A DNA stretch of 64,000 nucleotides from Scenedesmus sp. PABB004 (taxonomy: Eukaryota): contig JABVCE010000014.1 in assembly GCA_014905635.1 (NCBI GenBank), positions 186,001-250,000 of the forward strand, written 5' to 3'. The translations under genes were made by a program, and so were the position numbers. The notes under the pieces were generated by a model. The model was not told the DNA's origin. It did not search any database and worked only from the letters and a program-made list of their open reading frames with translations. Position 1 is the first letter of the stretch. Each line of letters opens with the position of its first letter. Below, in pieces: positions 49,537 to 61,419 of the stretch.

Positions 49537-51256
49537 CCCAGCCGTCGCCCGCCACTCACCCGCCGCCCGCCGCCGCAGCGAGGGCGGCCTGCTGGCCGTG
49601 GCGTTGCGCGCGCCGGGCGTCGTGTGGTCGCCGCCGCGGCGCGCCTGCTCGCAACCAGCCGAGCCACGGCGTCCGCGGTGGCGCGCGACCTGCGCGGCCG
49701 CGTCTCGGCGCGCGTCGCGCCGGCGCTGACGGACGTCGACCAGGTCAACGTCGGCCTTGATCGAGACGGGGGCGCACGCGAGGACTGCGCGTGGCTGCAG
49801 CGCCACGCCGCGCTGCTGGCCGAGCTCGACCTGACCTTAGCGCACGGGGTGCGGCGCCGCCGCGCGCCAGCTGCAGCGAGCGGCTGCGGCGCCCCTCTGC
49901 GCACCGCACGAGCGCGGCCCGCGCCGCCGTCGCCGCGCCCCTGCCTGCGCCCCGCGCGCCGCCCCGCAGTCGGCCAGCGGCAACGTCCACTGTTATGCAC
50001 GAGCGCTGGCCAGGGCGCACGTCGCGGCCGGCGGCGCGGAGCCGCCAGAGTGGCAGCCCCCCGCAGTCGAGTGCGAGTGCGGCGACGAGGGCTGCGGCAG
50101 CACGCTGCCGCCGTTCGGCGCCACGGGCGAGCCGCCGCGCGGGCTGCTGCTGCGGCGCGTGACCACCAACGGCGCCGACTCGGGCCTGCTCGCCGCGCTG
50201 CCGGGCGGCACGCTGGAGCAGCTCGAGCTGCGCCTCGCCTACAGGGACCTGCTCCCCCCCTGGGCCGACGGCATGCACGGCAAGCAATGCCCGTCGCACG
50301 TGCAGCAGCTGGTGGACGCGATCGCCGCGAGGTTCCCTGCGCTGCGCGTGCTGTGGCTCCCCGTGGGCTGGTTCCCAGCATGCTCCTTCGCCCACGTGCA
50401 CGGCGTCGACGCGGCCTGCGCGCTGCACGCGCCGGCGCTGCGCGCGCTGAGCCTGGGGCACGTCGTGGACGTCGCGTCGCTGCGGGCGCTGCCGGAGGGG
50501 CTCACCGCGCTCACCGCTGTGCTGCGCGGGCCGCCCGCGGCGCGGGTCCGCCTCGGCCACCTCACAGCGCTGCGCGAGCTGGAGCTCACGGTCGCCAACG
50601 ACGGCGGCAGCGACCCCGACCCTGCCCACCCCGAGCGGCTCGTGCTGCGCGGCAGCGGCAACGTGCTGCCGCCGCACCTCACGCGCCTCGTGCTCGGCCG
50701 CGGCGGCGCCGCCAAGCCGCTGCTCGCGCTCGCGGGCAGCCTGGAGTGCCTGGACATCCCCAGCTGCCGCATGGCCGGGGGCGAGATCGCCAAGCTCTCG
50801 GGCCTGCAGCGACTGCGTGAGCTCTCGCTCGCGTGGGACACCCCCGGCGCGGCGCGCGCCGCGGCGCCGGCCTGGCCGCGCCTGCCGGCGCTGCGCGCGC
50901 TGTCGCTGGCCGGCGCCGACGCGGCGCTGCTGGAGCAGGCGGCGACGGCGCGGGGCGTGACGCGGCTCTGTCTGCGCTCGCCGCCGCCGCGGACGGAGGC
51001 CCTGCTGGAGCCGCTGCTGCGGGCCATGCCGGCGCTGCGCGAGCTCGCGCTGGCGGAGCTGCGCGCCGGCGCGTCCGGCGACGCACTCGCCGCCGCGCAC
51101 CTCGCAGCCGGCACGCAGCTCACGCGGCTGGAGCTGCGCGGCTGCGAGCTGGCGCCCGGCGCCGTCGCGGGCGTCGCGCGGGCGTTCCCGGGGCTGCGCC
51201 GGCTCGCGGTGCTGCCCGCCGGCACGCAGAACGTGTGCCTGGGCTGCCGAGGCTGA
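49415..51256 (+). CDS. Leucine-rich-repeat-like protein, possible 1-bp frameshift near 49630
   Basis: ATG 49415, GT-AG introns, CAWLQRHAALLAELDL, then many LxxLxL units (LTALRELELT, LQRLRELSLA, LTRLELRGC) in ORF 50159..51256. Confidence 0.7.
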
Positions 51257-51317
51257 CGCGCGTGCCTTTGCAGTTGCACAGGCGGTTGCACAGGAGCCTG
51301 CAGTTGCTGCTGCCGCC

Positions 51318-51949
51318 GCGCCGGGCGCGTCACGGGGGGCGCGGCGCGCCGCGAGCAGCGGGCCGCTGCGCCGCCGCCGCTGCCGCCCGGCTGCCGGCGG
51401 TGCGGCGCGGGGCCTGCGCCGGGGCGTGGCCGCTGGCGCAGCGCGTGACGGGCGGCTGGAAGCAGCTGGAAGCAGGCGGCGGCGGGGACGTGCGGCGCGG
51501 CGCCGCTGCCACGCTGCTGTTGATCGGCGCCGCCCGGGCGCGAGGGGAGCAGCGGGGGGTGAGGTGCTGCGGCCGTGGTGACCGAGCGGCCGCGGTGGTG
51601 GCGGCCCAGGCCTGCGGTGCGGGCCTTTGACGCGGGCGTGCGCTTGTGTGCGTCACAAGTTGTAACGCGCCGCCCCGGCCGCTCCACCCATTCAGAGCCG
51701 CCCCCTCCCTCACGCCACATCGCTGGGCCGCGCCCGCCACTCACCGGCAGCAGCACGTCGCCAGCGCCGCCGCACCACGCGCTGCGGCGCAGGCTGCTGA
51801 CGCGCCGCGCTGCGCCCGCTGCCGCCGCCGCCGCTGCTGGTCGCTCAGCCCGCGGGGGGAGGTCGCCGCGAGGTGTGCGGCGGCGGCGGGCGCGTGCGCA
51901 GCAGCGGGGCGCGGCCGGGCGGCTCCACGCGCCGCCGCCCGACACACCG
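51318..51949. repeat. Direct repeat B, copy 2 (upstream of POLI), lacking the 49 bp that contain the ATG
   Basis: Matches copy 1 except that 49392-49440 is absent (cgcg microhomology at the junction) plus small indels. Confidence 0.96.
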
Positions 51950-52000
51950 TGCCAAACCCCGCCCCCCCCCCCCCCGCAGGAGCAGCTGCAGGGGCGCGGC

Positions 52001-54331
52001 ATGAGCGGCGAGCAGAGCGCGCGCGCCGCGTTCCGGGCTGCGCAGCACGCCGGCCCGCACCCGGCGGTCGCGACCGGCGCGGCGGCGCACGGCGCCCCGC
52101 CCGGCGGCGCCGGCGGCGCGGCGCTGCCGCTGCTCCCGCCCGACCAGGAGCGCGTGATCATTCACTTTGACGTGGACGCGTTCTACTGCCAGGTCTGGAC
52201 AGCCGCCCCCCGCCGCGACCGCCGCCGCAGCGCCGCCGCCGCGGCTGCCGCCGCCGCCGCCGCTGCGTCGCCGCCGCCGCAGCGCCGCCGCCGCCGCTGC
52301 GCCGTTCCGCCGCTGACGCCGCCGCCAACGCGCGCGCGGCGCGCCAGGTCGAGGAGGCGCGCAGCCCCGCGCTGCGCGGCGCGCCGCTGGGCGTGACGCA
52401 GAAGTACCTCGTGGTCACCGCCAACTACGCGGCCCGCGCGGCGGGCGTGACGAAGCTCATGGCCATCGGTGACGCGCGCCGCGCCTGCCCCGGCCTCGTG
52501 CTCGTCCCGGGCGAGGACCTCACGCCCTACCGCGCCGCCAGCGCCGCCATTCGCGCCGTGCTCGCCAGGTGGGCTGGTCTCATGCATGCGCGGCGCCGCC
52601 GCCGCCGCCGCCGCCGCCTCGGCCGGCCCCGCCGCCGCCGACCCCGCCGGGGCGCCGCCGCGCGCGCGTGCGCGCCAGGTGGGGCCCCGCCGAGAAGCTG
52701 GGCCTGGACGAGGCCTGGGTGGACGTCACGTGCGAGGTGCTCGCGCGCGTGGCGGCCGCCGGCGGCGCCGCGGGCGTCGCGCCGCCGCCGCTGAGCAGCC
52801 CGGGCGCGTGGCCGGCGCACCTCGCGACCGCCGCGACGCCGCTCGCGGCGGACAGCAAGCACCGCCCCCAGGACCTGCGCGCCACGGCCGGCGCGCCGGG
52901 CGCGCCGGGCGGCGATCGCGGCGGCGGCGGCAGCGGCGAGGCCGCGGCGCCCGACGACGCCGGCGGCGGCGCGCTCGAGTGGCGCGCGAGGCTGTTTGTG
53001 GGCTGCGCGGTCGCGGCGGAGATGCGCGCCGCGGTGGCGCAGGAGACGGGGTTTAGGTGCTCGGCCGGCATCGCGTTCAACAAGCTGCTGTCCAAGCTCG
53101 TCAGCGGGCTGCACAAGCCCGACGACCAGACGGCGCTGCCGCCGAGCGAAGCGCTCGCGTTTGTGTCGGCCCTGCCCGCGCGCGCGCTGCGCGGCGTGGG
53201 GTTCAAGGCCGAGGCCGCGCTGCGCGGCGGCTGGGGCGTGGTCACCGCCGGCGACGCGCAGCGCCTGAGCAGGCAGGCGCTGGTCGACGCGCTCGGCGAG
53301 CGCCAGGGTGAGCGCGCCGCGCTGCGGCTCCGCGCCGCACCGCTCACCGCGCCGCGCCTCGGACTGCGCGCCTCGCCTCGGACCTTGCCAGCCCACCGCG
53401 CGCCGCGACGCCCGCAGGCGCGTGGCTGTTTGCCGGCTGCCGCGGCGTCGACGCGTCGCCCGTGGTGGCGAGCGGGCCGCCCAAGACCATCTCCGTTGAG
53501 GACAGTTTCAAGCCGCTGAGCGCGTGGCCCCAGGTGGCGGCGGTGCTGCAGGTGCCCGCGCCCGCCCGCGCCCGCCCGCGCGCGCGTGCCCGCCCGCGTG
53601 CGCGTGCTCGCCGCGCGCGGTCGCCTGCGCCGCACGCGCGGTGCGTGAGCCCGCGTGCGCCGCCCGCCCGCCCGCCCGCTGCCGGCGCAGGTGCTCGTGC
53701 CCGACCTGCTGGAGCGGCTGGCCGAGGACGCGGCGGAGCACGGGCAGCGGCGCCCCGCGTCGCTCACCGTGCGGTGGCGCCGCGCGGGCAGCGGCTGGCA
53801 GCGCAGCAGCGCGTCGGCGCCCTGGCCGCCCGCCGCCGGCGGCCCGGGCGCCGCCGCGGTCGCGGCGGTGAGCGCCGCCGCGCTGGGCCTGCTGCAGCAG
53901 CACCTCGGCGGCGGCTGCGCCGACCTCACGCTGGTCAACGTGGGCGTGAGCCTCAAACAGCAGCCCGCGGCGGCGCCCGGCGGCGGAATCGAGCATTTCT
54001 TCAGGCCAGCAGCCGCCGCGCCGGGCGCCGCCGCAGCGCCGGCGGCGGCGCCGGCCGCGCCCGCGCAGGGCGCGCCCCCGCCCGCCGCGGGGCTGCAGCT
54101 GCAGTCGGCCCTCCGCGCGACGGCGGCGCGCCGCGACTATGCGCGCGCCGCTGGAGCCACGGCGGGCAGCCCGCCGGTGCTGAGTAAGCGGCAAGAGCGG
54201 AGACTGCTTGAGCAGGCGATGCAGCAGCAGCCCGGGCTGGCGCCGCGCGCGGCGGCGCCGCGCGCGGCGGCGCCGCCGCCCGGCCACAGCGGCGGCACGG
54301 GGCCGTCGCCGAACCAACAGCAGCAGCGCTC

Positions 54332-54393
<62 letters not shown>

Positions 54394-54659
54394 TGGGCGG
54401 CCCGCTGCCGCCGCGCAGCAGCACGAGCCCCGCCGAGCGGGCCGCCAAGCAGCCGCGGCTGGCGGCGGCGGCGGAGCAGCAGCAACCAGCTGCCGGCGCG
54501 GCGCCTGTTCTGGCTGCCAGCCCGGGCGGCTGCGCCGGCGACGGCAACCCGCCCTGCATCAACCTGCACAGCGTGAGCGGCTGGGGCGTCATCAGCTGCG
54601 AGCTCGTCGAGACGTACGGCGGCGCCGACGACGACGCGTGGGCGCAGCAGCCGGACTAG
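52001..54659 (+). CDS. POLI: Y-family translesion DNA polymerase, iota type
   Basis: RVIIHFDVDAFYCQVEE..PLGVTQKYLVVTANYAARAAGVTKLM..LVLVPGEDLTPYR..EKLGLDEAWVDVT, CSAGIAFNKLLSKLVSGLHKPDDQT, PPKTISVEDSF; the QKYLVVT and GEDLT motifs are iota-like; TGTAA at 54808. Confidence 0.88.
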
Positions 54660-54943
54660 GCAGCAGAGACGAACACAACGTCCTAGGTTAGGAGGGCGCA
54701 CGAGGCAGCAGGATGAGGGGGGGGGGCACGTGCGCGGAGCCGCGGTTTGTGGTCGCGCCGGCGCCGCCCGGGGACGCGGTGCCAGCCGTCGCGCCGCCGC
54801 GCTGATCTGTAACCCGTGCACCGAGCGGTCGCGGCCAGCCACCGACGGCAACGGTGTCACACCGGCGACGCGATCACGCCGCGCCCGGCCGCCCCGCCGC
54901 CCGGCCGAGCGCCGCGCCGCGCCCGCGCCGCGCCGCGCCGCGC

Positions 54944-57900
54944 TCACGGCCGCGCGTCGGGCAGCAGGTAGGGCCCCACCGGCAGCAGGCGATACGCGTG
55001 GATGCAGTCCAGCACGTACGCCAGCGGCACGAGCGGCGGGCAGCGCGGCCAGCGCGCGGCCAGCGCGCGCGCCGCCGCGGCCGGCACCGCGGCGCGGTCC
55101 CCCGGCGGCGCCAGCACGACCACAAACCGCGGCTCCGCGCGCGGCGCCGCGGCGCCGCCGCCGGCGGCGGGCGTGAGCGCGCCGCCGCGCGTCAGCCGCA
55201 GCTCCTCAAACGTGCCGCCGCCGAGCCCGACGAGCCCCCGCACCGCGTCGGCGGGGCCCTGGCCGACGTCCGCCGCCAGCATGGCCACGTGCGCACCCTC
55301 GAGCAGCCGCGGCCTGCCGGGGCCGCCCGCCGCGAGCGCGCGCGCGGGGCCGCCGTCGAGCGGCGGGACGCCGCGCCGCGTGAAGCCCCGCACGAGGTGC
55401 GGCCCCTCCGCGACGGGCCCGCCCGCCGCCACGCTCGCCGCGAGCCAGCTCGGGCGCAGCAGCGGGAGCCGCAGCACCAGCGCGCGCAGCACGCCCATCC
55501 CGCTGATGCCTGCCGCGCCCGCGTCGGTGGGGTGCGAGGGCGCGCGCCCCTCGGCGTCCACCGGGAGCACGAGCCAGCGCGTGTACCTGCGCCGCGCCGG
55601 GCGGCGGGGCGGCGGGGGCTTGTCAGCGCGCGCGGCAGGCACGTGCTTAGAGGGAGCCAGCTGCGGCGCCCGCCGCTGCCGTGCCAGCCAGCCAGCCGGC
55701 CGCTGGCGCGACGCGGACCTGTGGTCAAACGTGGCGTTGATGGAGAGCCCCGCCTGCACCGCTGAGCGGCGCAGGCTGATCTGGTCCTCGCGCTCGCCGT
55801 ACATCGTCACAAAGCAGGCGCCCGGGGTGGCGTGGAGCGCCGGGCTCCGCGCCGCACGTGCCGGCCGCGCGCCGCCGTCGCTGCCGTTGCCGCCGTCGCT
55901 GCTGCTGCTGCTGTCGCCGTCCGAGACCAGGTCACAGTAGAGCGGCTGCTGCTGCTGCTGCTGCTGCTCCTGGCGCTGCTGCTGCTCCTGCTCCCGCCGC
56001 CCAGGCTTTGGCTCACGGCGACGCTCGTCCAGGCGCGGCTCGCCGGGCGCGGCCGCGGCCTTGCAGCGCTGCGCAGGCGGGCGGCCGGCGGGCAGCTCCG
56101 GCGCCCGGGCAGGGCCGAGCTGCTGCGGCTCGGTCTCAGGCGGCAGCCAAGGGTCTGCTGGCGGCGGCGGCGGCGCCGCCCGCGCGGGGGCGTCCCCTGC
56201 CGCCGTCGACGCATCCCCGGCAGGGCGCTGGCGCTCGGACGCGGCCCCGCGCGCGCCGGGCTTCGGCCCGGCGGCGAGGCGCCCCGGGTCCGCCGCGTCG
56301 GCGCCCGCCTGCTGCGCCTCGCTGACGCCCTCCGCGCCGGGCAGCTCGCTGTCGCTGTCGCTGCTGCCCTGCGCTGCCGCTGCTGCTAGCTGGGCGTCCA
56401 GCTGCTTGCTGAGCACGTCCCACGCCGCAGCCGCCTCGCGCCCGAGCGCCGCGTCCGCCGCGCCCGCGGCGGCGGCCGCCGCCTCGCGCTGCTGCGCCTC
56501 GCGCCGCGCCTGCTGCCGCTGCCGGCGGCGCTGCTGGTCGGGCGTTGTGCCCTGGATGGGGTCATCCTCCTCGCCGCTGCTGCTGCTGACGCCGCCCTCC
56601 CAGCCCGGCAGCGCTGCCGCCGCGCGCCGGCCGCGCCCGCGCCCGCCGCGGCGCCCCGCCGCGGGCGAGCGCGGCGGCTCAGACGGCTGCCGCCGCCGCC
56701 GCGCACCCGCGCCGCCGCCGCGCCCGACCGGTGGCTCCGACGCGCCGCGCCGCCCGCGCGCCGGCTGTGCGGCCTTGCGGCCGCCGGCGCGCGGCGGCGG
56801 CTTGCTGCGCGCGCCGCGGCGGTGCCGGGAGGCAAGAAAGGCGTCGCTGCTCTGTGAGCCCGCTGCTGCCGTGCCGGCGGCGGCGACCTCGCGGTCAGAG
56901 GCGCAGCCCGACTCTACGAGCTCGGGCGCTCCCTCGGGCAGCAGCGCGCCGGCGGCGGCGCCGTCGCCTTCCGTGCCGGCCAGCAGCTCCGCGTCGGAGG
57001 GCTGGTGATACTCGTCGTCGCCGCCGCTGGTGGCGTCGCTGCCGCCCAGGCTGCTGCTGCTGCTGCTGCTGCTGCCACCGCCGCCGCCGCGGCCGCCGCG
57101 GCCGCCGCCGTGGCCGGCGCGGCGCTGGCGATCCGCGCGCCGCGGCCGCGCCTCGCCGCCTGCGCCCGCGCGCTCGCGACGCTGCCGCAGCAGCGCCTGC
57201 TGCAGCTGGAAAAAGGACGGCTGCTGCTGCTGCTGCTGCTGCGGCGCGCCCTCCTCCGCCGGCCGCCACACCTCGCGGTCCAGCTGCAGCGCCGGCTCCA
57301 CCTCGCCGTCGTCGTACGTCACGGCGTGGCTGCCGCGCGCGGCGTCAAAGCCGGTGACCGTGCCACTGGGAGGGGGGGGGTGGCAGGCGCGCGACAGCTC
57401 GGCGACGGCCGCGCCACGGCGCCCCTGACTCCCCCCGCGCCGCGCCGCGCCTCCCCCCGAGCCGCGCCACGCCGCCGCACCTGTAATAGCAGCCGTCTTG
57501 GGGCCAGAAGACCTCGATGCGTCGCCCCACCAGCGCCCGCGCCAGCGACGCGCCGGCCGCCGCGGGTTGCACCGGCGCCTGCGGCACGGTCGGGGGTTGC
57601 AGAGCTCGGGCGCGCGCCGCGGCGGCGGAAGCGCGTGCGGCAGTCCGTCCCGGCCCTGCGCTGAGGGGTCTCACCTTGGCCGCGGCAGCGGCGGCACGCC
57701 TGCGCAGCGCGCGCCCCGAGGCCGTGGCGTTGCTGCCGCTGCCGCCGCCAGCGTCGGCGCCGCCGCTGAGCGCTGGCGCCCAGCCGCGGCTGCGGTTGCC
57801 GCTCTGCTGCTGGCGCTGCGGCTGCTGCACGCGCTGCGCCGCCGGCTCCGGCTGCGGGGCGCCTGCGGGCGGCTGCGCCACGTCAGCGGGCACCCCTGGC

Positions 57901-59071
57901 GGCTCCGGCCCGGGGTCAGGCGCGCCGCGCGGCGCCCGCTCCGGCGCCGCCGGCGCCACCAGCTGCTGCTGCTGCTCCTGCTGTGCGTCCGCGGCTTGAG
58001 ACACCGCGGCGATGGCGGCGTCAAAGGCCCGGTCCATGCTGGGCCGCCCCCCGCCGCTGCCAGCCGCCCTGCGTGCCCCGCTCCCGCCGCCTGCACTGGC
58101 AGGCCCCAGCGACGCCAGCGTGCCGAGCGCGCTGCCGCTGCACTGCGTGCCGCGGCCGCTGCGGTGGCCGAGGCGCGGCCGCCGGCGCTGTTTGCCTGCT
58201 GGCCGCTCGCGCACGGCACCGGCCGGCTGCGGCTGCTCCGTTTGCTGCTCCGTCTGCTCTGCCCCCTGCTGCTGCAGCTGCTGCTGCTGCGCGTCCGTGG
58301 TGGTCGCCTGCGTGGGGTCAACGCTGCCCGTGGCCGCCACAAACGCCACCGGCGGCGGCTCCTGACCGCCCGCCGCCGCCGGCTGCGGCGGCTGCAGGCG
58401 CGGCCGCTGCCGCGGCGGCTGCATCGGCAGCTGCTCGGGGTCCGGGTCCGTCGTGCCACCGCTCGACTGCGGCAGCAGCGGCAGCCCCGGCGGCTCGCCG
58501 CCGCACTGCTGCGTGGGCGGCCGCCGCTCGCGCAGCGCGCGGCCGACCTGCGCCAGCAGGCCATCCACGTGCGCCACGTCGGCGCGCAGCTGCGCCAGCA
58601 GCGAGCCCGCCGGCGGGGGCAGCTGCCGCACCGCCGCGGCAAACTCGGGCGGCAGCGGTGGCAGCCCCTTGCGCGCCGCGTGCTCGGCGGCTGGGCCCGC
58701 GCCCGTCGACGGCGCCTCGAGCACGGCGGCCAGCATGTCAGCCAGCAGCTGCTGGAACTGCCAGTAAGCGCAGCCGGGCAGCTGCTCGTCGCTGCTGCGC
58801 AGCGAGGCGTGCTGCAGCAGGTGGCCGGGCGCCGCCGCGCCGCCCCGTCGCGGTGCCGGCGCCGCCGCCTGCTCGGCGTCGCTGGCCAGCTGCTCGGCCG
58901 ACGGCGGCTCGCCGGCCAGGCTGTCGCTCACGCGGGCCGGCGAGCCGCCCGACGGCAGGTCCCCGCCGGCGCGCGCCGGCCACGGCGGGCCTGCCGCAAC
59001 CGCTGCGTCTGCCGGCCCTGCTGCCGCCTCGTCCGCTCGCGACCGGTCCTCCTCGGACTGCAGCAGCTGCA

Positions 59072-59121
<50 letters not shown>

Positions 59122-60169
59122 GGTGGCGACGGCGCACACGCGTGCACCTCGCCGGCGGCGCCCTCGGCTGCAGTCGCGCCTCGCTTGGCCTCTGCCTGCG
59201 CCGCCGGCGCCGCCGCCGCCGCCGCCGCCTCCGGCGCTGGCTCAGCCTCGCCAGCCTCGCTCAGCCTCGCCGGCGCAGGCGCCGCAGGCTCGGGCTCGTC
59301 AGCTGCGGGCACTGCCGGCTGCGGCGCCGTCGCCGGCTCTCCTGGCGCCGCGCCGCATGGCGCCAGCCCGGCGCCCGCTGGCCCCGCTGCATCCGGCGCC
59401 GGCCCCGCCGCCGGCCCCAACAGCTCCTGCTCGTCCGGCTGCGCCAAGCCCAGCCCTGCGTCGCCAGCCGAGCAAGCAGGGCGGCAGCGGCGACGGCACG
59501 CGCGCCGTGAGCGCGGAGCGCACGGGGCCCCCGCCGCGCCGCGGCGGGGCACGCCGCTGTCCACGGCGCCGCGCCGCACCCTGCCGCAGCAGCGCCTGCA
59601 GCCGCCCCGTGGCCTCCGCGATGGCCGTGTACTTGTGGTTGGTGTGCAGGTCCTTCTTCCACCTGCAGCGCGGCGCAGCGCGGCGCAGCGGCGGCGGCGG
59701 GCGGGTTTCCTTGCGGCGCGCGCCGCTGCGGGGGCGCGCGGCGCGCGGCGCGCGGCCTGCCCGCGCACGCACGCCGGCTGCTTGCAGGCGGGGCACTGGC
59801 TCTTCACGATGCCCGGCCCCTCCAGCGTGTCGACCACGCACTCCCTGGCGGTGCGCGGGGCGGCGTCGGAGGCGCGGCCGGCGCGCGAGGCGGTGCGGCG
59901 GGCGCGGCGCGCACGCCGCACGCGCCTGCAGAAGGTGTGCCCGCAGCCCGAGAGGTTGAAGGTCTGCGGGTCCCGCATCGGCCCGGCGCTGCGCGGCGGC
60001 GGGGGCGGCGGTGCGCAGCAGCGCGGCGCCGCGTCGGCGGCAGGCCGTGCGCGCGCGGCGCATCCAGGGGTGCCCGGCGGCGGTCGGGCGGCTCCGTCGC
60101 GCCTCTTTCGCACCAGAGGGGGCAGCGCAGCTCGCCCTGGATCGCGGCCGCGGCCGCGAGGGCCTCCAT
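54944..60169 (-). CDS. BRCA1/BARD1-like protein: RING, long disordered region, Tudor-like domain, tandem BRCT
   Basis: ELRCPLC..CGHTFCRECV..CPACKQPAWKKDL (C3HC4); LVGRRIEVFWPQDGCYY-GTVTGFDAARGSHAVTYDDGEVE; LRALVLRLPLLRPSWLAASV..; PLAYVLDCIHAYRLLP. An upstream ATG at 60275 may add a short exon. Confidence 0.8.
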
Positions 60170-60927
60170 CGCGCCTGCGATGGGCCCCCCGGGCGCGGCC
60201 TCAGCGCCGCGCGGGGCGCCCGCCCGCCCGACCGACCTTCTGGTCGCGACTCAGCGCTACGTCTGGCCCGCGCATGGCACGGGGGCGCGGCCGCGCAGGC
60301 CGAGCGGCGATAGGCCGGAGCGAGGCCGGGAAGCGGCTGGCGCGGGTTCGGGACGTGACTTGTGCGATGACGGGAGCGATGGCGCGGACCGGGGGCGGCG
60401 GGCGGGCGCGCGAGTTTGAACAGCGCCGCGCGCGCGTGACGAGCAGCGGCGGCGCGTGCGGTTCGGCGCCGCGGCTGCCGCCGCGCCGCGCGCGTCGTCA
60501 CTGATGGGAGAGAGGCCCGGCGTGGCAGCGCCTTCCTCGACACGCCGCCCCGCCGCCGGCGACCGGGCGCCGCCGCCGGTGAGCGCCGCCGCCGGCGCCC
60601 GCGGCACGTGCGCGCCGCCGCCGCGTGGCGCGTTCGCGAGCGCCACTCCCGCGGCACCGCCACGCGCGTCCGCAGCAACTGAGCGTGGTGGCCTCGTGCC
60701 CCAGGCCTCTTCGTCTGGGCCCAGCGCCGCTTCCCGCAGCGCGCGCATGCCCTCGCCCTCGCCTCGCTCACGTCTCGCACACTCGTCGACGTTGCGCCAC
60801 CCGTGGACGCGCAGACGCGAGCTCGGCCAGCAGCAGCCCTCTTCGAGCATCTGCCCCGCGCCCACCGCACCCGACGCGCCCCTGGTGAGCAGCAGCCCCA
60901 CCACCGCTCCCGCATCAGCCCGGCGCC

Positions 60928-61419
60928 ATGGCCAAGGACCGCGCGGCAGTGCGGCAGCGGCGCGGCGGCGCAGCGGCGGACGAGCCGCCGAGCGCGCTGC
61001 AGCAGCGCGGCGCCGCCGACGGCGAGCCGACGCCGGCGGAGCGGGTCAACTTCTACGTCGCCCAGTACGCGGGCGCGGTGTGCTGCGTGCTCGGCATCCT
61101 GCTGCTCTGCGTCGGCTACGACCGCGAGTGGGTGCACAACACCACGCTCTGCCTGCTCTCCATGGGCCTCTGCCTCCTGGGCTGGTTCTTCCACGAGCTC
61201 CGCCCCTTCAACGTGCGCGCGCCCGCCACCGCGGCGTGCACACACCGCGCGGCGCGGCACGCGCGCCGCGGCTCGCCGGCCGGCGCCCCGCGCCGGCCCG
61301 GCGGCTCACGTTTTCGCGCGCTCGCGCCGCGTCGCCGCGTCGCCGCGTCGCCGCGTCGCCGCGTCGCGCAGGCGCAGGCCATCTTTGAGGAGGAGCAGAA
61401 GGCCAAGCAGGCGCAGTAG
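60928..61419 (+). CDS. Small membrane protein with two predicted TM helices
   Basis: YAGAVCCVLGILLLCVGY and TTLCLLSMGLCLLGWFF; intron 61213-~61371; ends AIFEEEQKAKQAQ with TAG TAG. Confidence 0.7.
   Translation: MAKDRAAVRQRRGGAAADEPPSALQQRGAADGEPTPAERVNFYVAQYAGAVCCVLGILLLCVGYDREWVHNTTLCLLSMGLCLLGWFFHELRPFNVRAPATAACTHRAARHARRGSPAGAPRRPGGSRFRALAPRRRVAASPRRRVAQAQAIFEEEQKAKQAQ

Noticed and set aside
49620..49640. Programmed frameshifting in the LRR-like gene (also at 24509 in the ankyrin gene)
   Set aside because: Single-base shifts in GC runs without a slippery heptamer; sequencing error or decay is more likely.
48865..51949. Direct repeats A and B as LTRs of a retrotransposon
   Set aside because: No TG..CA termini, primer-binding site, polypurine tract, TSD or gag/pol; the enclosed genes have introns, and repeat B includes exon and intron sequence.
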